Below are positions 45,681 to 55,246 of a DNA stretch of 64,000 bases, in pieces (the stretch's first letter is position 1; each line of letters opens with the position of its first letter). A program made the position numbers and the translations under genes. Under the pieces are notes generated by a model. That model did not search any database, was not told the origin of the DNA, and worked only from the letters and a program-made list of their open reading frames with translations. The DNA comes from a virus (Duplodnaviria; Caudoviricetes). Where the stretch lies: the IMG/VR virus record IMGVR_UViG_3300027805_000006. The stretch is one strand, 5' to 3'.

Positions 45681-46811
45681 TCAGGGGTTAAACTTAGTAA
45701 TGCGGAACTGCACCTGAAGTGGTGTATATCCGCCCGTGGTTGCTCGATATTCAATATCGTAATTTGCTTTTGTGCTCTCAAGTTTTATAGTTATCTGCTT
45801 TGTTTTTTCACTTGGATAACTAATTCTTGTAATCTTTAAATTATTCAATAATTCATCTTCTAGATACTCTTCAGTGATTTCCATGGCGGTAATGTCATCG
45901 CCTTTCTCACGAAGGTAAATGTAATTTGTGCCCCATAACTTCTTTAAAAGTTTCATGACGGTGCTATTAGGCTGTATTCTTTTGTCAACATCATCTACAC
46001 TTGGAGTTTCTACGGGTACTTTAGTTTGATGTGCCTTTAGACCATCTTCAATTCGCTTAACATCTAGACCAAACGGCAGCATGTATGTCTTATACTCCGG
46101 TGACTTTACATCTACCTTTAGGTCCTTTGACAGGGCTGCAGCAATTCCAATATTTGCAATTGTCTTGCCAAGCATATTCTTTACGGAAATATAGTGTTCT
46201 TCACCATCTTCGGTCTTAACAATAATGTCAGCAACAATCTTTCCTACATCTTCCATCTTTGTTTCAACAGACCTCTTAGTGCTTCCTGAACGCTTCTTTA
46301 CCTCAACAATATTTTCAGGAGAGAATTTTGGATCAATTCCTTCAAGGGCTGTAAATGCTTTTTCTGCAAGTTCATTATATTCTCCATCGATATAATCTTG
46401 CATTGCTTTTAACAGGTCACTCTCAAATTTCTCACCTTTGTTTACACCTTGACCAAGCATAAACTCATACTGACCATCAGCATATGTGAAGGTGATGCCG
46501 GAATATTTTCCAGAGTTTCCAGTATCTTGGTCATTTCTTACATTCTCAAACCCAAATTTCTTTCCTGACGGGCTCTTCATAATGGCAAAAAGTTGGTCCA
46601 ACATATCATCTGGGAGTTCTTCTCCCTGCCGAGGCTTCACGCGAATTTGGTAGTAGCCTGATGTATCGTAGTATTTTCCACGGTACTTTTCAATTTCATC
46701 TACTGGAAATTTGCTTTGCACGAAAGACAACAGAACGCCTGCCATTTTTATAACAGGGGCTGGGGCTTTTTCTTGTAGAATTTGTGCTAAAAACTGCTTA
46801 AATGAAATCAC
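45681..46811 (-). CDS. PD-(D/E)xK-like protein with T4 internal-protein-like N-terminus
   Basis: MISFKQFL..E; ADIIV...YISVK; TATAAATA at 46838-46845. Confidence 0.55.
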   Translation of the reverse strand: MISFKQFLAQILQEKAPAPVIKMAGVLLSFVQSKFPVDEIEKYRGKYYDTSGYYQIRVKPRQGEELPDDMLDQLFAIMKSPSGKKFGFENVRNDQDTGNSGKYSGITFTYADGQYEFMLGQGVNKGEKFESDLLKAMQDYIDGEYNELAEKAFTALEGIDPKFSPENIVEVKKRSGSTKRSVETKMEDVGKIVADIIVKTEDGEEHYISVKNMLGKTIANIGIAAALSKDLKVDVKSPEYKTYMLPFGLDVKRIEDGLKAHQTKVPVETPSVDDVDKRIQPNSTVMKLLKKLWGTNYIYLREKGDDITAMEITEEYLEDELLNNLKITRISYPSEKTKQITIKLESTKANYDIEYRATTGGYTPLQVQFRITKFNP

Positions 46812-46864
46812 GTTATATCACAGTAAAAATGTATTTTTATTTATAATCAGGAGTAGTTTAACCC

Positions 46865-48619
46865 TCAACCGGCTGTATTTTCTGGAAGAGCATTCTTTAT
46901 CTCATGTAGAAGTATAAGTGCCTTTGAGTTATGCGTAGCAACCGAAAGAACGTCACGAACTGCCTTCAGATTGGCTTCTTTTCCTGGTGCTTCAGGAATG
47001 CCAAATAACCTGAGAAAGCCACCTGGCAACTTATTAAGTATTTCCTGCTGGGTTGCTTGACCCCGGCGGTGGATATCAAATACTCTACCATTGTTCCAAA
47101 TTAATCCTGCCTTGGTAAGAGAGTTGGCAACCCCGCTGTATATGCTTCCAGTATATGATTGGGTGAAGCGCTTTCCGCTTTTGATGTATACCAAAAAATC
47201 ATCAATCTCTTTTAACACCAGATCATTGTCAAAAAGTGTTTCTACAGATGTTGCATCTAACTCTGCAACTGATACTCTACCAAAGCGATTGTGCGGAGGA
47301 TTTTTAAATACGTCTGATATTATTCGCTGCTCATTCATTACGCTCTTAAGTTTCTTAATTGCGGTAATGGCGCTAGAGTGTTCTGGACCAGCATCAACTC
47401 CCAATTTTTCTATGTCAAGCGGTTCGATGTGCTTTTTGTAGTAATTGGTAATGGCCAAAACAAGTTTCATAAGTTTTGGCTTGAGTTCAGGGTCAATTAG
47501 TTTTTGATATGTTTCGGGGGTTTCTTTAAGGGCATTCGCCCACCTGAAGTGCTCAGTTGAAAAGTGAATTGGCTCCAAAGGAATTTTTAAAATCTTCTTG
47601 AAGAATTCAAGTGATTCTCCGATCTCATCAAGTGTGTCCTTCGTTTCTTCGTCCCTTGCAATTGGATCAACTTCACCTTCTCTAGTGAACTTATGAACGA
47701 CGCGACAAAGTTTCTTTCCCTTTTTAAGAATAACCTTATTGATAAGATCGCTTTCTGGTTTAATCCACTCTGGCTGAGTCTTAGTGGCAACTGAAAAATC
47801 AAACAGTACATCATCAGGATCGGCAAGCGTTGAAATAACGAAGCCCATAATGTTTGGGCTTTCTACTTTATTATTCTTTTCAGACGAGGAATACCTGTAA
47901 CCTTTTGTTGCCGCCTTCACCGCCATCTCCAGGTTTTTTGTCCACATTGTAGGATTATCCCACTCAAGGTTTGCAACGCGAGTACCTTCGCGAATGCTCT
48001 TTAAGAACTTCACTCCTGTTCCCTGCGAAATGCTGGTAAATGATTTACCAACCTCGGTCATTGCGGCAACATCAAATAGAACACCGCGGTAAAGACGAAT
48101 TTTCTTATCTTCCTTGAAATTCAGTGATGAAAGTTCATCTATCGCCCCCAGCGTCAGGTTCACGTCACGGTTGTAGTTGCTGCGGGCGGCGGCTGTCTGC
48201 AGATCATCTAAAACTCCTCGCGTAATATGCTTAGAGGTAGATTGCGCAAGGTCAAAAAAGACGCTCGTAATGACTGCCTTTGCGGTTGCAAAGTAGTTCT
48301 CAATCTTAAACTTTTCTCCGGCACCATCAATCTTCTGGAACCAACTTTTAATGATAGAAGGAGTAACACTTCTTACGTTTTTCCACTGGAAGGAACTTAC
48401 CTTATTAACATCGGCGCGGCTCTTAACGTACTCCTGAACATTCCTATTGTTGAAGAAGTAAAAGTTAAGAGTTGTGACAAACTCCTCAGGATCTTTAATT
48501 TCAAATGGAGAAAAATCACGGTTGAAGAGCGACTTTATCCGAGGATCCTTCCTCATTTTATCCCGTAGTTCATCAACAGGAATATTCGCAGCTTCGCTAA
48601 GTTGTTGTAGTAGGTTCAT
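46865..48619 (-). CDS. large late protein with ADP-ribosyltransferase-like motif
   Basis: RLYRGV...TMWT...A; CTAAATA at 48650-48656. Confidence 0.5.
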   Translation of the reverse strand: MNLLQQLSEAANIPVDELRDKMRKDPRIKSLFNRDFSPFEIKDPEEFVTTLNFYFFNNRNVQEYVKSRADVNKVSSFQWKNVRSVTPSIIKSWFQKIDGAGEKFKIENYFATAKAVITSVFFDLAQSTSKHITRGVLDDLQTAAARSNYNRDVNLTLGAIDELSSLNFKEDKKIRLYRGVLFDVAAMTEVGKSFTSISQGTGVKFLKSIREGTRVANLEWDNPTMWTKNLEMAVKAATKGYRYSSSEKNNKVESPNIMGFVISTLADPDDVLFDFSVATKTQPEWIKPESDLINKVILKKGKKLCRVVHKFTREGEVDPIARDEETKDTLDEIGESLEFFKKILKIPLEPIHFSTEHFRWANALKETPETYQKLIDPELKPKLMKLVLAITNYYKKHIEPLDIEKLGVDAGPEHSSAITAIKKLKSVMNEQRIISDVFKNPPHNRFGRVSVAELDATSVETLFDNDLVLKEIDDFLVYIKSGKRFTQSYTGSIYSGVANSLTKAGLIWNNGRVFDIHRRGQATQQEILNKLPGGFLRLFGIPEAPGKEANLKAVRDVLSVATHNSKALILLHEIKNALPENTAG

Positions 48620-48669
48620 TTTGCAGACGACGCAGGAAACTTTACTGAATATTTAGTAAAAACCAGTAG

Positions 48670-49146
48670 TTATTCCTTATAAACTGATGCTGAAATGCCG
48701 TCCAAGGCTGCCGTCCAGTTTTCAAGAAGGGCTACTTGCCTTTTATTTTCAGTAGAAATCTTCTTAAGAGAGTCTGAGAAGAAGAGCGCGTCGTGGAGCA
48801 GGTATTGATGAACTGGAGAGATAAAACTTACCATCGAAAGTGACCTCGAAAACGAAATAACGCTTTCAATAAGTTCATTAGTATTTTTTGAAGGTGGTAT
48901 TACCGCAAAAACTTCTAAAAGTGATGGGTTGTTTCTAATTACCTCAGCCCTTGCATCGGCAATCTGCTTCGCCACCGCCTTGTTGTACAGATCATCAGTG
49001 TGGCACCGTGAAAAGGAAAACCAAAGAGTTGTTCCATTTTCAATTTCTTCAAAGCGAAGGCAAAGTCCGCCACGTGGCTGCGTTACCAGTTCAGAGCGCT
49101 TGTATTTAAATAGTACTGGGCGAATGTACCTGTAAAATGGCAGCAT
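48670..49146 (-). CDS. hypothetical protein
   Basis: MLPFYRY start just after the thyA stop. Confidence 0.6.
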   Translation of the reverse strand: MLPFYRYIRPVLFKYKRSELVTQPRGGLCLRFEEIENGTTLWFSFSRCHTDDLYNKAVAKQIADARAEVIRNNPSLLEVFAVIPPSKNTNELIESVISFSRSLSMVSFISPVHQYLLHDALFFSDSLKKISTENKRQVALLENWTAALDGISASVYKE

Positions 49147-49147
49147 A

Positions 49148-50083
49148 TTATGCAGACATTTTAAAACTAATTGCAGGGTGAGGATCGTAGCCTTCAAGGA
49201 CGAAGTCTGCCATCTTGAAGGAATCGATATCACCTGAACTGTTGTTAATTACGAGGTTTGGTAAGGCACGAGGATTACGTTCTAACTGCTCCTCAACACC
49301 ATTAATATGGTCCTTATAGATGTGAACGTCTCCCATATTAATGATAAGTTCTGCAGGGGTATAGCCACATACACGTGCAAGCATATGTGTTAGAAGCGCG
49401 TACGACGCAATGTTAAATGGTAGCCCCAGCGCAGCATCTACAGAGCGTTGTGTCATCATACAACTTAGCATCTTGCCCTTTGAGACGTAGAACTGAGCAA
49501 ACATATGGCAAGGAGGAAGTGCCATTTGATCCAATTCTCCAACATTAAGGGCGCTAAGAATGATGCGCCGGTCAGTTGGGTTGTTCTTTAGTTTATTAAC
49601 CACAATGGAGAGTTGATCAACTTCTTCCTCAATAACTTTTGCACCATAGTACGCTGTGCCACCTTCTGGAAAGTGTAGAAAATCGTTATACCCGTCGACA
49701 GTATGCTTCTTCCATTTTCTCCATTGAACACCGTAAATGCGGCCAAGGTCTCCAGGAAATTTCGGCTTGTATAAAGACCCTGACGTCCCTTCTGCATTTG
49801 GTGACCAGATTGTCTTCTTGTTCTCATCGCGCGTGCCGTGCAAAATTTCTGCCAGCCGCCGCTCATCACCACTGCCCTCAATGAACCATAGAAGTTCAGA
49901 AAGAATAGACTTGAATGCCATCTTCTTTGTAGTGACTAAAGGGAAACCCTGAGTAAGGTCAATGTTCATTGAATGACCAAAACTAGAGAATGTACCTGTG
50001 CCAGTGCGGTCAGCCCTTTCCTCTCCTCTGTCTATGAGATGGTACAGAAGATCTAGATAATCTGCTTCAAAGGTATATGACAT
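49148..50083 (-). CDS. thyA: thymidylate synthase
   Basis: DRTGTGT, FPLVTTK, YGVQWR, ALPPCH, QRSVD..LGLPFN, H.Y. Confidence 0.95.
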   Translation of the reverse strand: MSYTFEADYLDLLYHLIDRGEERADRTGTGTFSSFGHSMNIDLTQGFPLVTTKKMAFKSILSELLWFIEGSGDERRLAEILHGTRDENKKTIWSPNAEGTSGSLYKPKFPGDLGRIYGVQWRKWKKHTVDGYNDFLHFPEGGTAYYGAKVIEEEVDQLSIVVNKLKNNPTDRRIILSALNVGELDQMALPPCHMFAQFYVSKGKMLSCMMTQRSVDAALGLPFNIASYALLTHMLARVCGYTPAELIINMGDVHIYKDHINGVEEQLERNPRALPNLVINNSSGDIDSFKMADFVLEGYDPHPAISFKMSA

Positions 50084-50111
50084 TATTTTCTCCTATACTT
50101 TACTTATCATT

Positions 50112-51020
50112 CTAGGGCGAAGAATTATTCAGGTCGCTGCTGTCTTGTACTACCATTTCGTAAAGAGTTTTTACCTTTTTGGGGTCAAGGTTTTTTGCTG
50201 AAGTGAATACCGGTTCAATCTTAACGTACAGATCTCCACGCAGGCCAGGCTTCTTTAGGTCGTGTATCCAGTTGAAGTAGCCCTTGCCCTTTACCTTCAG
50301 GCGCTGGTTGATTGAAAATCCCGAAGGCACCCGCACCTGAAGTTTCTCGCTGTTAAAGTCAGACACAAGGATCCAAGCACCCAAAATAATGTCAAGTGCA
50401 TCGACCTGCATAGTGGTCTCAATATCGCCTGTCTCAATTACGACAACAGCTCGACCATTCATTGTCTCATGGTGCCAACCGCATTCAGATGCCGTTTTAA
50501 CCCTAAAGTCAGCATCGTGAATTCTTGTAATGATGTTTGCCGAAAGATTTTCAGTTACATCAATCTGTGTCCTATACCCGTCAGGAGTTCCTGGTGGTAC
50601 GTGTATGGTTTTTGAGCCGCCTTCAGGCAGTTGAACATCTATGGAAAAACCATCCGCTGCCTGCTTTAGTGTAACACCAGCCTGGAACTCCGTTACGTGC
50701 TTTACACCATGAAAGGGATTAAATCCTCCAAAGCCAGCCCTCCGCATCTGTTCAAACATCTGCTCAATGTCTGGCTGTCCTCGGAAATTTCCTTGCGACC
50801 CTTGTGGATCTCCGCCACGGTCAAAGATACTCCGCCTACGGACATCAGAAAGCGTTTCATACGCCTCTTTTATTTCTTTAAATTTTTCTTCTGCTTCCTT
50901 CTTTTCAGCTTCAGCAACCTTATCAGGGTGGTACTTGCTTGCTAGCCGCTTGTACGCCTTTTTTATTTCCTCATCGGTGGCATTTCGTGCCACACCAAGG
51001 ATTTCATAGTAATTTTTCAC
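50112..51020 (-). CDS. dnaJ: DnaJ/CbpA-like co-chaperone (no zinc finger)
   Basis: YYEILGV...IKKAY..LA.KYHPD, G/F linker, C-terminal GKG...GDLYV. Confidence 0.9.
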   Translation of the reverse strand: MKNYYEILGVARNATDEEIKKAYKRLASKYHPDKVAEAEKKEAEEKFKEIKEAYETLSDVRRRSIFDRGGDPQGSQGNFRGQPDIEQMFEQMRRAGFGGFNPFHGVKHVTEFQAGVTLKQAADGFSIDVQLPEGGSKTIHVPPGTPDGYRTQIDVTENLSANIITRIHDADFRVKTASECGWHHETMNGRAVVVIETGDIETTMQVDALDIILGAWILVSDFNSEKLQVRVPSGFSINQRLKVKGKGYFNWIHDLKKPGLRGDLYVKIEPVFTSAKNLDPKKVKTLYEMVVQDSSDLNNSSP

Positions 51021-51028
51021 AGGGAGAC

Positions 51029-52405
51029 TTAAAAGGAAAGAGCCTTCAGTTCACGACGATACATCTCAACAGCAGTGTCTTTCATAATCTTATCCATCTC
51101 ATTCTTGAGGTCCTGTAGTTTCTTATTTAGTTCCTCAATTCTGTCACGTGTAAGAGACCAGATCTGCATTGAAAGAAGACGATCGTAATCATCAAACTTG
51201 TTCTCAAGAAGAATAGCGATAAGGTCCTTCTTTGAGGTATCACGAAAGACCTTCACGTTTGCGAGGTAGAAGCGGATGAAGCGGATAACCTCGCTTGCAT
51301 ACCGAATTTGCTCAGTAAGATCAGCGATGATGTGCTGCCGGCGCGCCTCCATCATTTGAACCCGCCACTTCACGAAGATGTCAATAATTTCTTCAGGGCT
51401 ACTGTAGCGCGTAAGAATGCCCTCAGTTGACCAGCACGTAATGTTCTCTGTATCCCTGCTTATTAGACCAAACTTCTTGTGAAGTTCTTCAGCATCCATT
51501 GCTGTAGTGCTACGAGGAACGCTGATGATGAACTCAAAGCCTTGTTCAGTTGAACGATCCTCATAGTCCTTGATGATCTCGGCGTCCTCAAGTTTATGCA
51601 GCCGCTCCTTGTATTGGTCAAGGTATGTTCCTACCGGAAGTTCAGTTATCTTGATGGTCGTGCTGTTTACAATCTCCATCTTGCCAGTAATTACCACCTG
51701 ACCAGTTTCAGAATTGCGCGAAACATCTCCAGAAAACCCGTTGAACCAAGGCGTAAGAGTACCAGGCTTTAGTTTCTTTCCAGCAAGAGCAGAAAGACAT
51801 GCATTGCGAACTTCATCAGGGTTGTAATTCATGATGAAGCAAGCATGACCAGTACCCGTGCCCTGAGCACCATTCACGAGCACCATCGGAAGAAGAGGAG
51901 CATAGGTCTTTGGTTCAATCTTTTCACCATCAACCTCGTGATGCTCGAGAATTGCATCATCAGCCTTAGGGAAAAGAGCACGAAACCAAGGAGACAACTT
52001 CGTTTCGATGTAGCGATGCGCAGCAGATTCAGCAGTAAGGCGGGAACCAAACTGACCTTCTGGGATGAAGAGGTTAAGGTTGTTAGAGCCTGCATAGTTG
52101 TTCGCCATTCCAACAATCGTTTGCGCCAGGCTTCCAGTGCCGTGGTGATAGTCAGTGGCTGCGGCTACCTGAGCAGCCAGGCGCTCAACTTGAATAAGAC
52201 CCGCATTTTCACCGCGGATAAGCGTGCCGTAGATTGCCTTCCGCTGAGATGGCTTTAGACCATCAGTTAGCATGGGAATAGATCGCACACCGTCATACAG
52301 CGAGAACTCCTTGAATGCAGTGTCGAAAAAGTGACGCATTGGAATGCGACGGGCGCTCAATTGATACTGATTTGGTGCGGTGCTCTTTTGTGCCATAGTT
52401 TTCAT
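51029..52405 (-). CDS. gp52: type II topoisomerase GyrA/ParC-like subunit (T4 gp52-like)
   Basis: [25 protein letters not shown] (catalytic Tyr), [10 protein letters not shown]. Confidence 0.93.
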   Translation of the reverse strand: MKTMAQKSTAPNQYQLSARRIPMRHFFDTAFKEFSLYDGVRSIPMLTDGLKPSQRKAIYGTLIRGENAGLIQVERLAAQVAAATDYHHGTGSLAQTIVGMANNYAGSNNLNLFIPEGQFGSRLTAESAAHRYIETKLSPWFRALFPKADDAILEHHEVDGEKIEPKTYAPLLPMVLVNGAQGTGTGHACFIMNYNPDEVRNACLSALAGKKLKPGTLTPWFNGFSGDVSRNSETGQVVITGKMEIVNSTTIKITELPVGTYLDQYKERLHKLEDAEIIKDYEDRSTEQGFEFIISVPRSTTAMDAEELHKKFGLISRDTENITCWSTEGILTRYSSPEEIIDIFVKWRVQMMEARRQHIIADLTEQIRYASEVIRFIRFYLANVKVFRDTSKKDLIAILLENKFDDYDRLLSMQIWSLTRDRIEELNKKLQDLKNEMDKIMKDTAVEMYRRELKALSF

Positions 52406-52441
52406 GAATAGTTGGTGAATAGTTGGCTGAATGATATTATA

Positions 52442-54403
52442 TCACAAAGACTCAAGGATGTAATCCTCAAAGTTCTTTGCAGGAGTTTCTAGCCACTTCT
52501 TTCGGTCATTTGCACGTTCGGGATTAAATGCTAAGTCAACTGCCTGCTTGTCTTCCTCTCCCTCACATGTAATTTGGAAGAGGTATTGATCTAGATGTTC
52601 CATATATGGAATAAAGTCAGGAGTCTTCGTGGTACCCAAACCCTTGAAGAATCTATGTGACCAACCCTTCGTAGAAGCGCCTGGCCCATTTGCCCATTCC
52701 TTGAACTCGCGCTCTGTGAAGAATTCCAAAACGGTCTTGTCCTTCAGATATACCTTCACTGTAGGAGTACGGAGGATGTGGACGAAGCCCAGGCGGAAGA
52801 GCTCCGGCCAGAAGGTGTCGAACACGTTCATCAGCAGACCGGCGATGTGGGCACCGTCGACGTCAGCGTCGGTTGCGAAGGCGACCTTACCGAAGTTGAG
52901 CTCGGTGAGGGACTTGACTGGCTCGCCGATCTTCAGGCCGATGAGCGTCAGGATCTTCTGGATCTCGTTCGGCTCCGTCTTCTTGCCTTCCTTCTCGCGC
53001 TCCTTCTTCTTGTCGAGGCCGAGGACCCGACCGATGTCCTTCTCACGGACGTTGAGCGGCTTGCCCTTGAGCGGGAAGGTACCAATGTACGGGTTCTTGC
53101 CGCGAGCCGCGAAGAGGGACTTGGCAGCGGAGTCACCCTCGGCAAGGAAGAGAATGCACTTGTGCCGCTGGATGCGCTCTTGAGCATCTGCAAACTTATC
53201 AATGCGCCTGAAATTTACCTTGTCAGTTTCTTTATTGACCTTACGAAGATCGGCAAGGATTGCGGCTTGCTCCTTTGCTTGAACCCAATCAAGAATAGAC
53301 TTGATGATTTCGGTCTTTACAAGTTTGTTGATGAACTTGTCTGGAACTGTCCAAGATGTTTTCCATTCAGAAGAAGGAGAAATCATATTCTCCTTGGTCT
53401 GAGATGAGAAGCGCGGACGATTAATGCTCGCGCTAATATAGATCCGCATATGCCCACGAATATCACCGGGGGATACCTTAACCTTATGCCGCTTTTCGAT
53501 GTGGGCGCGCAGCGAATCCACAATCTGATTAATTGCGTAGGTAACGTGGGTGCCACCTTGAAAAGTCTCAACTGAATTTACGAAACTGATCTGCTCAAAA
53601 CCATCAGACTTCGTAATACCGACTTTCCAGTCGGGCGTTTCGTCATACACGTATTCGGGATCATACAGCGCGATGTAGTCATCAAAACCACGCGTCATGA
53701 TCCTATCGCCATTGATATAGAACTTAACGCTTGGGTTTGTAGCCGCAGCATCAACAACCTTCTTGACAATTCGAAGGCGATGATCTTCATCAAGCCCCTT
53801 TAACTTGAAGAACTCGTAGTCAGGAGTAAAGGTGATCTTTGTGAAATGCTTGTCGTGATCTCTTACCTTCGGTTCAGAGCGCTTGCGCATTCCTTCAGTA
53901 AATTCCTGCTTGAACAACTTCTTGCCATCGGCGCTCTCAATCTTGAAACTGGTTGAAAGCACGTTGGTCAGTGTAGAGCCTACACCGTTAGTGCCAATCA
54001 ACTGCTGATCTTCTTCATCATTGAAGTTTGAACCAGCACGGAGATTTGAAAACACGGTTTCGGCAACGTACCTGCCAGTTTGCGGGTGAATTTCTACTGG
54101 AATACCACGACCATTATCCAGAACTGAAATTGAACCATCATCAGAGAGTTCAACCCTGATGCTGTCCATTACATCAGAAGCCCGGCGGCTTTCATCAATG
54201 GCATTGTCAAGGATTTCAGAGAAGATCTTAATGAATGCTGGGATAGTTGTAATTTCCCGCTGCATCATCTTCTTTGAAGCGGTATCATAGACCCACTCAG
54301 TGGATGTCTGGAGGGAGGTTGAACCCGCGTACATACCAGTTCTTTTCCTGATGTGCTCAATTTCATCCAACACCTGGTACGTTTGTGCAATTTGCTTTGA
54401 CAT
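52442..54403 (-). CDS. gp39: type II topoisomerase ATPase/TOPRIM subunit (T4 gp39+gp60-like, unsplit)
   Basis: EHIRKR.GMY, EILDNA.D, DNGRGIP, G.NGVG, EGDSA, TDADVDG, KGLG. Confidence 0.93.
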   Translation of the reverse strand: MSKQIAQTYQVLDEIEHIRKRTGMYAGSTSLQTSTEWVYDTASKKMMQREITTIPAFIKIFSEILDNAIDESRRASDVMDSIRVELSDDGSISVLDNGRGIPVEIHPQTGRYVAETVFSNLRAGSNFNDEEDQQLIGTNGVGSTLTNVLSTSFKIESADGKKLFKQEFTEGMRKRSEPKVRDHDKHFTKITFTPDYEFFKLKGLDEDHRLRIVKKVVDAAATNPSVKFYINGDRIMTRGFDDYIALYDPEYVYDETPDWKVGITKSDGFEQISFVNSVETFQGGTHVTYAINQIVDSLRAHIEKRHKVKVSPGDIRGHMRIYISASINRPRFSSQTKENMISPSSEWKTSWTVPDKFINKLVKTEIIKSILDWVQAKEQAAILADLRKVNKETDKVNFRRIDKFADAQERIQRHKCILFLAEGDSAAKSLFAARGKNPYIGTFPLKGKPLNVREKDIGRVLGLDKKKEREKEGKKTEPNEIQKILTLIGLKIGEPVKSLTELNFGKVAFATDADVDGAHIAGLLMNVFDTFWPELFRLGFVHILRTPTVKVYLKDKTVLEFFTEREFKEWANGPGASTKGWSHRFFKGLGTTKTPDFIPYMEHLDQYLFQITCEGEEDKQAVDLAFNPERANDRKKWLETPAKNFEDYILESL

Positions 54404-54470
54404 AGTTGTTTCACTTCACTGAAGATAAAGTGATTATATACTGTTTTTGACCAAAAAGAAATAAAATATT

Positions 54471-54499
54471 TTTCACCTGGTGGTTTTTACCAGGTGAAA
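54471..54499 (-). terminator. hairpin terminator after guanylate-kinase-like gene
   Basis: TTTCACCTGGT-N7-ACCAGGTGAAA. Confidence 0.55.
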
Positions 54500-54520
54500 T
54501 GTAGCAGTTTCTAGCAATAA

Positions 54521-55228
54521 TCAACCCATTCCGGCTGCTACTCTGGTGTTTCTAAGAGCAATACCTTCTTCAACCATCTTAACTGCCTTGGGAAGATCAT
54601 CCCCGGGAACTACAAGATCCCAATTGAAAAGATTAATCCACCGGCGCTCATTACTAGTACAGCTTACTACCCTGCGCTGATGCTCAGTTGCTAGTTGGGA
54701 AAGAGTTCTCTTTGCAATTTCTGCACCTGTTTGAAAGAACTCATTGGTGTATTTTCCCGGTGATGGCTGCAACATATCAACAACATCCCAGGAATTTGCA
54801 ATGGTTCGATGGAGCAGGCGCTGAAGGCGCTGTTCTTCCACACAATGAACGTAGATCTTGAAAATATCCCAACCATTCTGGAAACACTTCTTCATATAGA
54901 TTTCCAAGCCATTGGGCTCAAGTACAACAACCGGAGGTGTATCTGCTTCCATCTTCTTTTTCATTTCTACGTGTGTTACACCATAACGCGTCTTATTGAA
55001 TTCTACAAGTTCAAAAAACAGACCATCGGCTTCTGCTTCCTTCGACTGTTGGTTGCTAATAAAGTTGTAATCAATACCTTCTTTTTCATCTCGCCTTGGG
55101 TGACGTGTGGTTGTACTGACGATCCTGCCAAATCCCTGCTTTGAAACAAGTTCATTCAGCAAGTAACTTTTACCGCTGCAGGTAGGGGCAGTAATGGCTA
55201 TAAGAGTTGGTTTATTGAACTTTAACAT
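54521..55228 (-). CDS. gmk: guanylate kinase-like protein
   Basis: APTCSGKS, STTTR.PR..E..G.DY.F, YG. Confidence 0.85.
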   Translation of the reverse strand: MLKFNKPTLIAITAPTCSGKSYLLNELVSKQGFGRIVSTTTRHPRRDEKEGIDYNFISNQQSKEAEADGLFFELVEFNKTRYGVTHVEMKKKMEADTPPVVVLEPNGLEIYMKKCFQNGWDIFKIYVHCVEEQRLQRLLHRTIANSWDVVDMLQPSPGKYTNEFFQTGAEIAKRTLSQLATEHQRRVVSCTSNERRWINLFNWDLVVPGDDLPKAVKMVEEGIALRNTRVAAGMG

Positions 55229-55246
55229 ATTAATTATCCCTTCGGC

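Noticed and set aside
52780-53180. Intron or intein in the topoisomerase gene
   Set aside because: The patch encodes the essential TOPRIM motifs in frame; no splice or intein signatures and gene length is normal.
52629-53407. Plus-strand ORFs 52629..53183 and 52778..53407
   Set aside because: Shadows confined to the GC-rich patch of the topoisomerase gene.
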